Source: Antedon mediterranea (taxonomy: Eukaryota; Animalia; Echinodermata). Taken from it: a DNA stretch of 64,000 nucleotides. The DNA lies in the NCBI RefSeq assembly GCF_964355755.1, contig NC_092672.1, positions 7,192,001 to 7,256,000 on the forward strand, written 5' to 3'. The notes under the pieces were generated by a model. It did no database searches, had not been told where the DNA came from, and saw only the letters and a list, made by a program, of their open reading frames with translations. Made by a program: the position numbers and the translations under genes. Shown piece after piece: positions 14,401 through 26,312 of the stretch; positions within the stretch are counted from its first letter, which is position 1; each line of letters begins with the position of its first letter.

Positions 14401-17400
14401 AACAGTAGTAATAATACTAATTTTATGTAAACGGAAGTAAAGAAACATTACATTGTTGTAAATATGAACATCTGCTCCGGCATCTAAAAGAGCTTTTGCA
14501 GAGTCTCGATGCCTGGTAAAAGGTAAGTTAGACCGTAGTAACCAATGAAGTGGCGTACTGCCGTTCTGTAACAAATGAAAGACATACATTGTATACATTT
14601 AGAATTCATTTAGAATTCATGTGCATTATAATTTATAATTATTAGTTTGTATGTAGTGGCTGTGCTTACCTCGTCTGGACTATTTACTCGTTTCGATGAT
14701 ATACTTAACACATACTCTATCGATTTAAAATATCCTCGCACAGATAACGGATGAAGTATAGTAGAAAACTGGAAAATAATGATATTCTTTCAAACCTCAT
14801 ATTTTCTATGAAATTGAGTTTTCCGGGTTAATCTCATTCGAGTAGTAGTAGTAGTAATAACAATTTTTCGTTTGGTATTGTGCAAATAATGGTGACATTT
14901 TTACAGGAACAGCAAATCAGATTTTTTTTTTGGAACACGATGTTGTAGAAGAAAAACGAAAATCAGAGAAATCGTAGAAAATGGTCAGCAAATCTTCCTA
15001 TGTGATTTTTAAAATGTAAAAAAAAAAAAATAGGGCCTACAAGAAACATATTTTCTTTCTTGATTTATTATTCTTATGTTTTATTGAAATCTGTGGAACA
15101 ATCTGTTGAAAGAATAGCGACGGAAGCTGAATCACCATTGGTAGCAGCCCCAATACGAGACGGCATACCAACATTAACGGCATCCTCAAGAGAAGTGAGC
15201 ACCAGCAACAACAGAGATAGACTTGCCCCAAGTCTGCATTTATTGTCTTTTTTATGTCAAAAGTAGTATACGCCACATCTGACAAAATATTTATCTTTTT
15301 ACTAATATTAAGTCAAAACTCCGTCTGGAATAATATAGTACCATGTGTCTTACCTGTCCCTCTTGGTCTTGTTCTTCAACTTCTTGAGGTGTTGAGCTTG
15401 TTAAAATCTTAAATATAAACTCTTCACATGGGTAGAAGTAGATAATGTGACGTAGCGACGTCACACCGTTCTATATTCACCGGTATAAAAGAAAAAAAAA
15501 TCACAGTTTCGTGACAATTACAATAATAATAATGCCATCGTTTACCGTTCAGAGGGTGGTTTTCTAATGATATTTTACTATAACATTTTGACGAATTGTT
15601 TTACTAGACGACCAAGGTGGCCTGGTCTCAGATTTAATTAAAAAGGTTATAGGCCTACTGTATTTCTAACGGTATTTCACTATAACTATGACCATGACGG
15701 CGGCCTGGTCTCAGATTTAATTTAAAGCCGATGGAACTCCACTAACAAGAATTGAACAATGAGTGCGATTTTATTACCAAATTGCGCACGGAAAACAATC
15801 TATATATTAAGATTGTTATTGTTATAAAAAGGTGTGGGATCATTATTGAGCACAATTCAACATACTAACATTTCAGCTGCATTAGGACTACAATGATTCA
15901 TTCATGATTTACTATAGACAACGTTTTAAAATACGATTCCCCTCCTCGTTGTAGGCGGTTCTAAATACGCACCTATCCTACTTTTAGTATGAGCATAACA
16001 TTTGTGACAACCGGCGACCTATCTAGGTCAGTACGTGTCGAATTGATGTTTGGTTGGACGTCGCCTGGACGTAGAAACCATCAAAACTGCGTTGAGGAAA
16101 TATATCCCTACATGCGCACAATGAACTACAATATTACAATGAATTGCAACGATCGGTCGCCGTCGTCGCAAATAGAAAGCTTCGTAGGCCTATTATTCTC
16201 CTGAGAGGCGTCGTAAAAAAACTAACTTTTTTATTAAACGTAACTATAGGCCTAAACATACATATCTTTCAGTAAGGATTTCTGGTTGAGCTGTTATAAT
16301 TCGTTCAACTTCTTGCCAGTTTGCACAATATACTTCATCATACACGTCTTGACTGCGTTAGAAAAATAAAGTTAATTTGTATGTATTTAACATTTATTTT
16401 GGCAGATAATATCAGAAAAGAAAGGATGTAATTCTAAATAAGAATTTCCAATACACTGAATAATTAAAAACAAATATACCATGTAACATTAAAACTATTC
16501 TATAGAAAACCACACACAAAAAAGCCAAACATTATTCTTGGGGCCGGACGTATTTTTTTTAGAATGACTCTACATTTTAACATTTCTTATGACATTATTT
16601 AGGTTTAAAAAAAATGTTTTAACTAAACTACGTGATCTTTCTAGAACGTATCCGAACAACTACCCCCTGGACAATTACCACCCGGACAACTGCCACCCGG
16701 ACAATGACTCCCCTAGGACAACTACCACCCGGACAATTACCCCCTAGGACAATTACCCTCTAGGACAACTACCTCCTTAGGACAACTACCACCCGGACAA
16801 TTACCCCTAGGACAATTACCCTCTATGACAACTACCCCCTTAGGACAACTCCCACCCGGACAACTACCCCCTAGGACAACTACACCCAAAAAAACTACCC
16901 CTAGGACAACTGTCCTCCTAGGACAACTACCCTCTAGTCCAACTGTCATGCCCCTAGGACAACAACACCCTCTGAACAACCACACCTATACCATGACACA
17001 TACACCTTAGGTTATAATTACGATCTTGTAAAACTTACTGAACTTCAAAACATAGGGAGAGAGATTGATCTTAAATGAAAGCTTTTGAATTTTTTAATAT
17101 GCGTATCGTCAGCAGTTATTTTACATTAAACAAGAATCGATAATAGATGCCGTATATAAATCTAGGAACATACAGTTTACCTAGCTGCACCTGTCAATCA
17201 ACAACTTTTCATTTAAGATCAATCTCTCTCCTAAGTTTTACAAGATCGTAATTATAACTCAAGGTGTATAGGTGTGGTTGTTCAGAGAGTGTTGTTGTTC
17301 TAGAGGGGTAGTTGTCCTAGGGGCATAGCAGTTGGACTAGAGGGTAGTTGTAAGATAGTGGGACTGGAGCAGCCCCTTAATATCGATAAAATTGGCCCGA

Positions 17401-19616
17401 TTTTGTTCTCTTTTTTCTTTTTCAAAACAAATGTTTTACTGTAAGAGCTTATGTCATGCTGTTTAATGACATCATACGTTTACTACTACAAGTCCAGTAA
17501 TAATGGAATATTGGTTTGGCTGTTACTACTTCATGGAAGAACTTTAATTGATTTGTTTTTTACATTGAATAATAAACGTTTTTAGAACCTAAAGAATAAT
17601 TATATCTATGATGTGTTTTATGACTTAAACATTTCTACTTATTTCATTTTATTCCAATTCGTATTCTACAGCAAAGAACCTCCTAATTTTACTTTAGAAT
17701 AAAAAAAAACCTACACTATTAATCAATTGATTACATTAGATGATTTGAAAATCAATCTCTCTCTCTCCCCCGTTTGACGGGTTCATACATTTCTTAGTCT
17801 TCCTATTATGAAAACAAAGCTAACTGTGCCAATTCAGGAAATCGTTTTTCATAGTTTGTAAGTTTTTTAAAAATATCGCTACACTTATAACAAAATAGAA
17901 TACAAATCTTAGGTACATACGTCAATATTTTAATAATTTCACGTCAAATATTGTTAATGTATAGTGGAGTACAACGCCCTCATATTCCCCTCTTCACACA
18001 TAATTTGATTCTACAATACAATTTGCACCAAAAGAAGCAGCTTGTTAATTTGGTTACCAATCGTAGTTGTCCAAAGGTGTAGTTGTCCTATGGGCCAATT
18101 GTAATTTTCCTAGTGGGTAGCTAGAGGTTAGTTTTCCTAGAGGGTAATTGTCCTAGGCGGTAATTGTCCTAGCGGGTAATTGTCCTAGAGGGTAGTTGTC
18201 CTAGAGGGTAGTTGTCTTAGAGGGTAGTTGTCCTAGGAGGGTGATTGTCCAGGGGGTTATTGTCCGGGTGGTAGTTGTCCGGGTGGTAGTTGTCCGGGTG
18301 GTAGTTGTCCTAGACCCCTTTCTAGAACATGAAAATTACAGCCGGATATGACTCAAAATAACAGCCGGATATGACTCACAGATCAAAACATTGATGGATT
18401 TATATAGATACAGTACTTATTTTTTGTGTATTAAGTGCCGATGATGTCTTTTGTTTTGTTGCTTATTTGTTTAATTATGTTAATGTTATCAACTATGTTT
18501 TGATGTATAATAACAGAGAATTGAATTGAATTATATTTATTATGTTTCAAGTAAAAAAATAAAGGCAGATCAAAATATGAGGATTTGGGTTAATTAATAT
18601 GCAGACATCTCGATCAACGTTATTTCATGGAAATGCATGGTGATAGAACAGCCTACAAAAAGCCTATTCCTTTATGACTACTAGCCCAATATAGTAGGCC
18701 TAAATATGGTTTAAAACTGCTATTGATATTGATGTAAAACTTTCGGTAACCACTTGAGAGCACGTCTAATAGACCATTTCCGTTTATCAAAACACAGTAG
18801 GCCTACAGACGCTATGTTACTTAGAGAGTATAGGCTAATTAGTTCCTTGTTCTATGTTTAGACTAAATGTATTATTAGGCCTACAAAATCACCAAACAAA
18901 AATGGTTTTATGCCGTATTAAAAATTGTGCTATTGGATTTTGATACATAATTGTTACATCGGTTAAAAATAAAACAGTGTATTTTAAAACAGACCCACTC
19001 GCCCTTTAATAAGATATTCTCTTTAAGCGGAAATATGGTTCACCAAGAATGGAAAATGATCTGCGTTTTCATGTTATAGTCACGTGCACGTCTGCTGCAA
19101 GGAATCATTATATATAATTGGCATAGCTTGTTATTATATGGACAAAGATAATTATTTATTAATATTTAAAATACATTTAAATTGGCATCGAGCTAGTCCG
19201 GCCATAATAACATTTTTTTTACATTTCGAGGGTGTTTTGTCCGAACCACCCGAACCCCACCTGGATCCGCCCTTGATCGACGTAAAGTCTCTCAATAGTG
19301 GCGAACCCAGGATATTTATTTTGGAAAGACAATAGGCCTATTTTCAAAAGGGACATCATTCTGAGGCTTAAAAGGGCGTCGTGTGGCTAGGAATACGGTA
19401 CCGCATCTCTATTTGAGGAGGCCGTATGAGAAATATTTTTCTTTAAAAATGTTCTTAAACAATCCTACAACACGGCATGAACAATTCATAATATTCAGCA
19501 ATGTCTGTCAACCTTTGACCTACATACAATTAATGCAGATACTTGATGATAATACATGAATAAATTGTTCCATCGTAAAAGGGGTATACTTACGCAGTGT
19601 ATTTTGATGCAGCCAT
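5420..19616 (-). CDS. Roco-family protein A: ankyrin repeats - Roc GTPase - COR - death domain, no kinase; ~1040 aa, ~22 exons, apparently intact
   Basis: Exons approx 19594-19616, 16262-16352, 15354-15470, 14670-14768, 14452-14565, 14181-14283, 13888-14053, 13512-13609, 13280-13434, 12951-13043, 12565-12610, 12083-12267, 11540-11644, 11039-11236, 10087-10335, 9144-9335, 7958-8122, 7191-7487, 6563-6646, 6098-6308, 5880-5921, 5420-5715; phases consistent. Motifs: ankyrin NGSTPLHW..LLDAGADV; P-loop GKEGVGKTS; STDGI; IWDFAGQ; LVVGTH; COR IPLKWL, YMHDIGTVLYF, LMKQFGLLC; C-terminal death domain LAKQIGSTYWQPLAIELGF..IMDMLSSWRKRQ. Confidence 0.88.
8358..8777 (-). mobile_element. tRNA-derived SINE (CORE/Meta-type central domain) with L2-like 3' tail; interrupted by a short L2-tail insertion
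   Basis: Minus strand has B-box ggttcgaatcc, then tccttaggcaag...ctctccacccaggtgtataaatgggta, ending gcgctatataaat..(tat)n. An opposite-strand L2-like tail (gcgccttgagc..gcgctataaaaat(tat)n) lies at ~8502-8620 flanked by taatcag repeats. Confidence 0.7.
10590..10890 (+). mobile_element. Deu/Nin-domain SINE, 5'-truncated copy
   Basis: ggttcgagg B-box, then tcttctcggataaggactataaaccgtaggtcc..ctttaaagaacc resembling the Deu-domain core; near-identical to the copy at ~57715-58035. Confidence 0.7.
11796..12049. mobile_element. MITE with gggagctttcgatttgcga / tcgcaaatcgaaagcttccc termini; degraded relatives at ~15990-16185 and ~26680-26820
   Basis: Terminal inverted repeat visible; the internal motif caaactacgt..attaatt..ttgtgc is shared with the ~26700 copy. 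Confidence 0.6.
13748..13885. mobile_element. Short high-copy MITE family (~140-165 bp, Tourist/PIF-Harbinger-like); further copies ~46968-47105, 48940-49078, 56311-56437, 56850-56997, 58098-58237, 62812-62977
   Basis: Shared gctctgtctacactatcaaact...gtgcccaaatatggtagt...agtttgatagtgtagacagagc termini, usually flanked by TAA/TTA. Superfamily assignment is inferred from the flanks. Confidence 0.8.
15218..15330 (-). mobile_element. Short copy of the TAGTCTGGG...CAAGTCTA element family
   Basis: tagacttgccccaagtctg...aaatatttatctttttactaatattaagtcaaaactccgtctggaa is the reverse complement of the 20476-20641 element. Confidence 0.7.
16647..18318. mobile_element. Foldback/Mutator-like non-autonomous element with tandem-repeat inverted arms and 9-bp TSD
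   Basis: Left arm of ggacaactacc(a)ccc repeats (16650-16980), right arm of gggtagttgtcc repeats (18060-18315), internal inverted duplication ~16910-17085 vs ~17205-17352; tttctagaa directly repeated at 16638-16646 and 18319-18327. Confidence 0.75.
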
Positions 19617-20475
19617 TGTAGATACATCTGTGGCGTTGTTATTAAAGTCAAACAGCGATGGAAAAACCTAAACCACCACACTAAAAGACAAAATATTTTC
19701 TACGGGATGTTTGTAGACCTGCATGGCTTATTCTAGCTCCAGCTGCCAAAAATCTTTTATACCACTGTCTGATTTACACTGTGGAGAGATGAGAATGTAG
19801 TTGTGCCGAGTCCACAAGGAAGAAAATGTACAATAAAAATGTTCGAAATGGCTTGAAACATACATGTCACACCTAATGCATATTCAATAAGATAGACAAT
19901 TATAAATAATGAATAATTCATATTTTCTGCATCGTTTACCTACGAAAAGAATATATATAGGCGTTTCGTCGAGTGTAGGCCTACGTTAAAAACAATCCTT
20001 CTCCCGTTATTTTTTTTCTGTTAGTTTGAATAAAAGTGGGGGGAGTGTGGAATGTAACGTCATCGATGGTAGGCCTATATTTGTCAAGTGGGGTAGAGTA
20101 ATGTGGAGGGTTGGGGATCGGTTATTGTCAGGGAGGTATACAATTATTATTATTTTTAGATTAGATGTTATACCTCCGTGGTTTCACGTTGGGTATATAT
20201 CGTTATAGACGCGCTTACAATCGGTTTATAATTGTACTCCAAATGTTTCAATTCCATAAAGATGTATATAGCGATTAGTCAAAGTTCGATACACCAGTGA
20301 ACTTCATATTCGGTTAATGGGCAACAAAATAGAGGAGAAAGTAGAAAAAGGTGAAGACAATAAAACAAAAGACAATAGCAATAAAAAAAAAAGCAAAACA
20401 ATACATGCATTACAAGTATTTCTATTCTATTTTTTTAAATATTCAAACCGTGCTAATATTAGGCCTATAATTACT

Positions 20476-20641
20476 TAGTCTGGGTTCCAGACGGAGTTTT
20501 GTCTTAATATTAGTAAAAAGATAAATATTTTGGCACATATGGCGTTTCATACGTATACTACTTGATTTTCAGACAAAAATCGCGGTCGAAATAAAAACAA
20601 ATAAAAAAAAAAAAAGATAATACAGACTTGGGGCAAGTCTA
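20476..20641 (+). mobile_element. 166-bp internally deleted DNA element (TAGTCTGGG...CAAGTCTA) with 9-bp TSD ataattact
   Basis: TSD at 20467-20475 and 20642-20650; both ends match the 938-bp element at 31001-31938. Confidence 0.8.
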
Positions 20642-20958
20642 ATAATTACTATTCTTACGGCTACTATTGTATAATTACTATTCTTACGGCTACTATTGTA
20701 TAATTACTATTCTTACGGCGACTATTGTATAATTACTATTCTTACGGCTACTATTGTATAATTACTATTCTTACGGCTACTATTGTATAATTACTATTCT
20801 TACGGCTACTATTGTATAATTACTATTCTTACGGCTACTATTGTATAATTACTATTCTTACGGCTACTATTGTATAATTACTATTCTTACGGCTACTATT
20901 GTATAATTACTATTCTTACGGCTACTATTGTATAATTACTATTCTTACGGCTACTATT
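20642..20958. repeat. 29-bp minisatellite, ~11 near-perfect copies
   Basis: Unit ataattactattcttacggctactattgt repeated head to tail with no spacers. Confidence 0.95.
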
Positions 20959-22744
20959 TTTTATTATCAAAAATGTTTGTATTGCTTCTTGATAGGGAGT
21001 TTGATTCGGAAACAACGACTAAATTTAAAGCGTACAAACGATCAATCTCTGCATGTAGAATATTTTCACTTTCTAAAATTGGTGTTGTTGCCAAAACTAT
21101 CACAACACCGCTTGACACCCTAAACCTAAAATGAGACATCTATATTACTTAATTATTGTAGGCCTATCTAAGTTGATATACTGTATTCATCAATCAACCG
21201 TACGACATCACAACGGTCCATGGCAAGTAAGCACGTCTTGAGATCATCTATTGACAAACCTTTCTGAGACCACCCATTCATCACGCACATAGTAGGACTT
21301 TCCTTCCTTTCTAAAAAGTTGATATAGCAATCATAACCAAGTTTGCTGGCTAGCCTACGCCAGTCACGGGAGAGTGGATCATGTGGGTCCAGTTTAACGC
21401 AGATCTCTGTCATCAGGTCAAAGGGAAGCAGTGGTGAAGTAATTTCCTGGTAGACTCCTTTAAGCGATTGCAGAAAGGGTGGCATATTCGATGATGTCAC
21501 AGGAACTACAGTTGACATGGAATCTAAAATAACAGAGATTCATAACCATAAACCTTTTTGTACTTGTAAATCAATCATTGTATTTAATAGACGAGGATTC
21601 ACGAATGATTACATTACCATCATTGTCGCCAAAGTACATTTGAATCCTATCGGTTTGCATTCGTTCAAGCCCACATTGAACACATCTTGTCTGCAGACAT
21701 TTGTTAAGGTCATGGAAGTGATTGTTGGCTTTGTCACAAACATTGCAGAGAACGCAGAACTTATAACTGGAGCGTTTTATCCAAGTGTGACTGATTCGAC
21801 TTAATGAGTCGTCCAATTGCTTCCACACCTGTAAAAAAATCAGAAGCTAGGCACGGTCACTTTGATTATGCATATGAGTACCTTGACATTAGGGCTGGTG
21901 ATGTTGCATATGCTACTTATATGAAGTTACGGTTTCGAAACTTGGGAAAAGTTGTCTCTGAGAGCATAAATATCGAAGCTTAAACATCAGTCGAAATCCT
22001 TAAGCTTATAACCTATCAAAAATGAGCTTTATATTACAGCCAAAGCCACAACAGATATTGCAAAATTCTAATAACAACAAATGTAAAATTACTCACCTGT
22101 TTGCATACATCTGGTCGTGGTTGTAGATACCCGCTGTCAACGGGGTTAGCATGTTTGATAGCTACCTACAATACAAGTCACAGTTACATTAGTATGATTA
22201 TTACTTTTCTTTAACTTTATGCAAATCATTTAGTCACTTCTGGCGTACTATCTTATTTCTGTTATTTGTTTTTTTAGCAGGCTTATACATGATAATAAAC
22301 CATATGATGTTTGGTTTCACCATAATATTTACCTGAATAAAAGATCTCTTCCCAGGAAATATTCTGATGATCATGCTGTGATCTTCGTCAACATACAAGT
22401 TTGCCTGTTGATAGAAGAGCTTAGGTTCTCCTCCCATTGTCTGTGACCAATTCACAAGTTGCACAAGAAGCCGATGAAAGAGACCTTCTGGTAAGAAACC
22501 ATTAAAGTCTATATACAAAATTGCAACCGATGTAGAAGCCATCCAGTCATCAACACAAACATCTTCACATCGTTTCTTCAATAATGATGGTGCGTAGAAG
22601 ACACGATCGCATCTTTCCGAGTTCTTTTGAAATTAGAAAACTTACAAATTAGCACAATACATTTTAATTTAATTGAACGACGATGTACATTACAATTCGA
22701 ATGGGTATAGAGTTAACACAATGCTCCTCTAAATAGAATAGAGG

Positions 22745-25700
22745 AATGTTGCAGCGCCCATGTGGCGGCTCTATATTGCTCTGTGCATAACAACTTCGTA
22801 TCTGTTTGCAGATGGTTTTTTTTTCATCAAATAAGTTTTACTGGATGCTGGAATAGCAAATTGAGCACCATATATTCACAAATTTCTTATGTGGAAATAA
22901 TCGTATCTTGGAGTAAATCGCAGTTGTTTTTCTTGTTGTTTCCTGAAGTTCAGCTAGGCCCTGCTTGTGCCTTTATTGTTTTAATTCAAACTCATCACTG
23001 CTCAAGAACAATGGTCTACTAGCATCAGTGGGAAGCTAGCCCTGTACTTTCAATCTGACTGTGCATTTTGTTATGTAAATGACCTTGTACACCTCATGCT
23101 TGAAGATCTGCTGTTGTCATGCTAATTAGCTATAGCTCTGAGTTTCTTCATGGTTTACAGGGCTGTGTAACCAACAACAATAACAGTTGTGAACTTCTTG
23201 AAGAATCTTGCTTAATTATACAATCTTTTAAGTTGAACTCCAGTAGCTGTAGTATCCACCTATTACCAAGGAGGCCAAAAAGAAAAACCAGGCGTGGTAC
23301 AAGAGCTGGGCGTGACAAACACACTAAAAACAATCTATCATTTCTGGACTTATCATCAAACTCTCTCTTATCTAAAAACAATATTAAATTTTGCAGTATT
23401 AATACAAGATCCGTTCGGAACAAAACAACAGAATTTGTGGATTTCGTTATCGAACATAATCTGGATGTTGTTGCCCTTTCGGAAACGTGGCTTAAACCAG
23501 AAGACACATCAGTTATAGGAAATATTACACCCAACGGATACTCTCTCAAACATGCTCCCCGTGCTGGTACTAAAAGAGGTGGTGGAGTTGCACTTCTTTA
23601 CAAGGAAAGCATAGCGGTTAGATGTTATGACACGGGATTATTACCAAAATCATTTGAACTGCTAAATGTGGAAATAGTCAGCAATGCATCCTCAGTTTTC
23701 CTCGTAGCAGTATATCGTCCTCAAAGCAAATCAACGGGTTGCAGTCTAAATGTTTTCACTGAAGAATTCTCAACTTTGGTTGATCACTATGTATTGAAGC
23801 CGGCTCCCATACTATTCGTTGGAGACTTTAACATCCATGTGGATATGCCAAATGATGCAGATGCAATTCATTTTCGGAATCTACTTGTAGCAAGCAGTCT
23901 TCAACAGCATGTGTCTACACCTACACACCGACATGGTCATACATTAGACTTGCTGATCACTCGTTCATCTGATCCTCCTGTTTTCTCAAACCTTAATGTC
24001 ATTGATGGTATATCAGATCACTATGCAATCACATGTAATCTCCTTATCAAGAAGCCACCCGTAATCACTAAATCCATCGAAACTCGTCATTGGAATGCTA
24101 TAAATTTTGAGACATTATGTAAAGATATCACACAGTCTGATCTCGGAACTTCGCTCTCAAATCTTGATTTATCAAGTAAAGTACGACTATATGTCACCAC
24201 TTTGAGTGAACTTCTTGACAAACACGCACCACCGAAAAAGAGAACAGTAAAGGTCCGACCAAACACTAGTTGGTATAACAGTGACATCTATGCTGAGAAA
24301 AGAACAAAGCGTAAGCTTGAAAAGAAATGGAGAATCTCTCATCTGGAAATAGATCGTCAAGCTTACATTGCACAGAAGAGGAATGTAAATTCCATGGTAA
24401 GAAAGGCAAAGGCCAACTACTACATTGGCTTGTGTGAAGAACATGCAGCAGATCAGAAAGGACTTTTTAAAATTGTTAACCAACTCCTTCATCATCGCCA
24501 GGTATCACCTCTCCCAGATAGTCTTTCTGACTTAGATCTTGCGAACAGGTTCTGTCAGTTTTTCACAGACAAGATCAAGATCATCAGAGACGACTTCAAG
24601 ATTGATGACATGTCATTTAATGAGCCTGTGACAGCTGTTCATCAGCATCTCACAACATTTACACCAGCATCTCAAGATGAGATCCGCAACATTCTGATGA
24701 AATCACCAACAAAATCATGCAGGTTAGATCCAGTTCCTACTTCTATACTGAAGAAGTGTATCGACGCAGTCGTTCCAATAATAACGGAAATCATTAACCA
24801 TTCTCTTAATACCGGCATAGTGCCAGATGAACTGAAAATTGCTCACGTTCGTCCTTTAATAAAAAAGCAAAACTTGGATCATAACACGCTGAAAAATTAC
24901 CGCCCGGTGTCGAATCTTTCTTTTCTTGGAAAGACTCTGGAGCGTGTAGTGACATCACGCATTACTCCATATCTTCAAAAGCATAATTTAAATGAGAATT
25001 ACCAGTCGGCATATCGTGCATGTCATAGCACGGAGAGTTCCCTTTTAAAGGTACAGAATGATTTGTTACAAGGAATGAATGATGGGAAAATAACGCTATT
25101 GGTGTTGTTGGATTTGTCAGCAGCGTTTGATACAGTTGATCACCAAAGACTGATAACCCGTCTGAGAAATCGCATTGGCATAAATGGTGTTGCTCTTAAC
25201 TGGTTCCAGTCATATCTTACAGGAAGACGTCAGCTAGTCTGTATCAATGATGCATTCTCAGATGAAGCTTGCCTGGAATATGGTGTACCACAGGGGTCAG
25301 TAATTGGGCCTGGCCAGTTTTCCATTTATACGCTTCCCCTTGGTGACATTATTCGCAAACACAGTCTACATTTCCATTTCTATGCAGATGATACACAGAT
25401 TTATGTGTCAGTAAATCCAGTGCAAAGGGATGTTGCTGCAGCAATCAGTAAGATGGAAGCCTGTATAGAAGATGTTCGCAATTGGATGACAACAAATTAC
25501 CTAAAGTTGAATGATGGAAAGACAGAGTTTATTATCGTCGGGTCTAAATGTAACATCTCCAAAATCAACATCACACATATCAGAATCGGAAACTCTAACA
25601 TCGCTCCCTCATCGGTGGTCCGGAATCTGGGAATCATGCTGGATAGTAATCTCACTATGGAAGCACAAATAACAACTGTATCCAAAGCAGCATGCATATC

Positions 25701-26312
25701 GATTAGGAACCTTGGTCGTATTCGCGGTAATCTTAACAAGAAAACAGCTGAATTGATTGTACACTCATTTGTCACTTCTAAAATTGACATTGGTAATGCC
25801 TTGTTGTTTGGCATACCAAAATCTCAAATACAACGTTTGCAGCGCTTGCAAAATATGGCAGCTAGAATTGTAACTAATACAAAATCAAACGCTCACATAA
25901 CTCCTGTCCTGATGGATTTGCATTGGTTGCCTGTTCAACAACGTATTAAGTACAAACTTGCGTTGTTTGTATTCAAGATCCTAAATGACAGTGCTCCTGC
26001 TTATTTATCTGACCTTGTGGATCGTTACGAATCATCCCGCAGAGGCCTACGATCATTGTCACAAAACCTTCTTCAAGAGCGTAGAGCGAAAAATCAGTGG
26101 GGTCAGAGATCTTTTTACGTTGCGGCCGCAAGTGTATGGAACAGCTTACCAGCAACAGTTAAATGCTCAACTAGTCTAAACAGTTTCAAGACCAACCTAA
26201 AGACGTCGCTATTCGCTGATGTTCTCGCACGTTGTTAATGCACAAAGCGCCATGAGCGCCACATGGGTGGAGGATACCGGCGCTATATAAGTTTTCATTT
26301 ATTATTATTATA
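22745..26312 (+). mobile_element. Apparently full-length single-ORF L2-clade (CR1 group) non-LTR retrotransposon in an intron of Roco B, antisense to the host
   Basis: 1039-aa uninterrupted ORF; 3' tail aagcgc...gcgctatataag followed by (tta)n as in L2; ~370-nt leader with no ORF1. No clear TSD; the 5' boundary is approximate. Confidence 0.9.
23119..26238 (+). CDS. LINE ORF2: AP-endonuclease plus reverse transcriptase
   Basis: APE motifs INTRSV, LSETWL, VGDFN, TLDL, SDHY; RT motifs YRPVSNL, LDLSAAFDTVDH, GVPQGS, YADD; L2-type C-terminal LHWLP and WNSLP. Confidence 0.95.
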   Translation: MLISYSSEFLHGLQGCVTNNNNSCELLEESCLIIQSFKLNSSSCSIHLLPRRPKRKTRRGTRAGRDKHTKNNLSFLDLSSNSLLSKNNIKFCSINTRSVRNKTTEFVDFVIEHNLDVVALSETWLKPEDTSVIGNITPNGYSLKHAPRAGTKRGGGVALLYKESIAVRCYDTGLLPKSFELLNVEIVSNASSVFLVAVYRPQSKSTGCSLNVFTEEFSTLVDHYVLKPAPILFVGDFNIHVDMPNDADAIHFRNLLVASSLQQHVSTPTHRHGHTLDLLITRSSDPPVFSNLNVIDGISDHYAITCNLLIKKPPVITKSIETRHWNAINFETLCKDITQSDLGTSLSNLDLSSKVRLYVTTLSELLDKHAPPKKRTVKVRPNTSWYNSDIYAEKRTKRKLEKKWRISHLEIDRQAYIAQKRNVNSMVRKAKANYYIGLCEEHAADQKGLFKIVNQLLHHRQVSPLPDSLSDLDLANRFCQFFTDKIKIIRDDFKIDDMSFNEPVTAVHQHLTTFTPASQDEIRNILMKSPTKSCRLDPVPTSILKKCIDAVVPIITEIINHSLNTGIVPDELKIAHVRPLIKKQNLDHNTLKNYRPVSNLSFLGKTLERVVTSRITPYLQKHNLNENYQSAYRACHSTESSLLKVQNDLLQGMNDGKITLLVLLDLSAAFDTVDHQRLITRLRNRIGINGVALNWFQSYLTGRRQLVCINDAFSDEACLEYGVPQGSVIGPGQFSIYTLPLGDIIRKHSLHFHFYADDTQIYVSVNPVQRDVAAAISKMEACIEDVRNWMTTNYLKLNDGKTEFIIVGSKCNISKINITHIRIGNSNIAPSSVVRNLGIMLDSNLTMEAQITTVSKAACISIRNLGRIRGNLNKKTAELIVHSFVTSKIDIGNALLFGIPKSQIQRLQRLQNMAARIVTNTKSNAHITPVLMDLHWLPVQQRIKYKLALFVFKILNDSAPAYLSDLVDRYESSRRGLRSLSQNLLQERRAKNQWGQRSFYVAAASVWNSLPATVKCSTSLNSFKTNLKTSLFADVLARC

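Noticed and set aside
15060-15266. 68-aa plus-strand ORF in a Roco A intron
   Set aside because: No recognisable motif or splice context, and its 3' part is a transposon end.
16737-17010. ORFs with GSCP/GQLP repeats
   Set aside because: Translations of the tandem-repeat arm of the foldback element.
20642-20958. CRISPR-like array of 29-bp repeats
   Set aside because: Units are contiguous with no unique spacers, there are no cas genes, and the context is eukaryotic; it is a minisatellite.
23148-26179. Overlapping and antisense ORFs within the LINE, as a possible ORF1
   Set aside because: Short shadow frames of ORF2 with no recognisable motifs.
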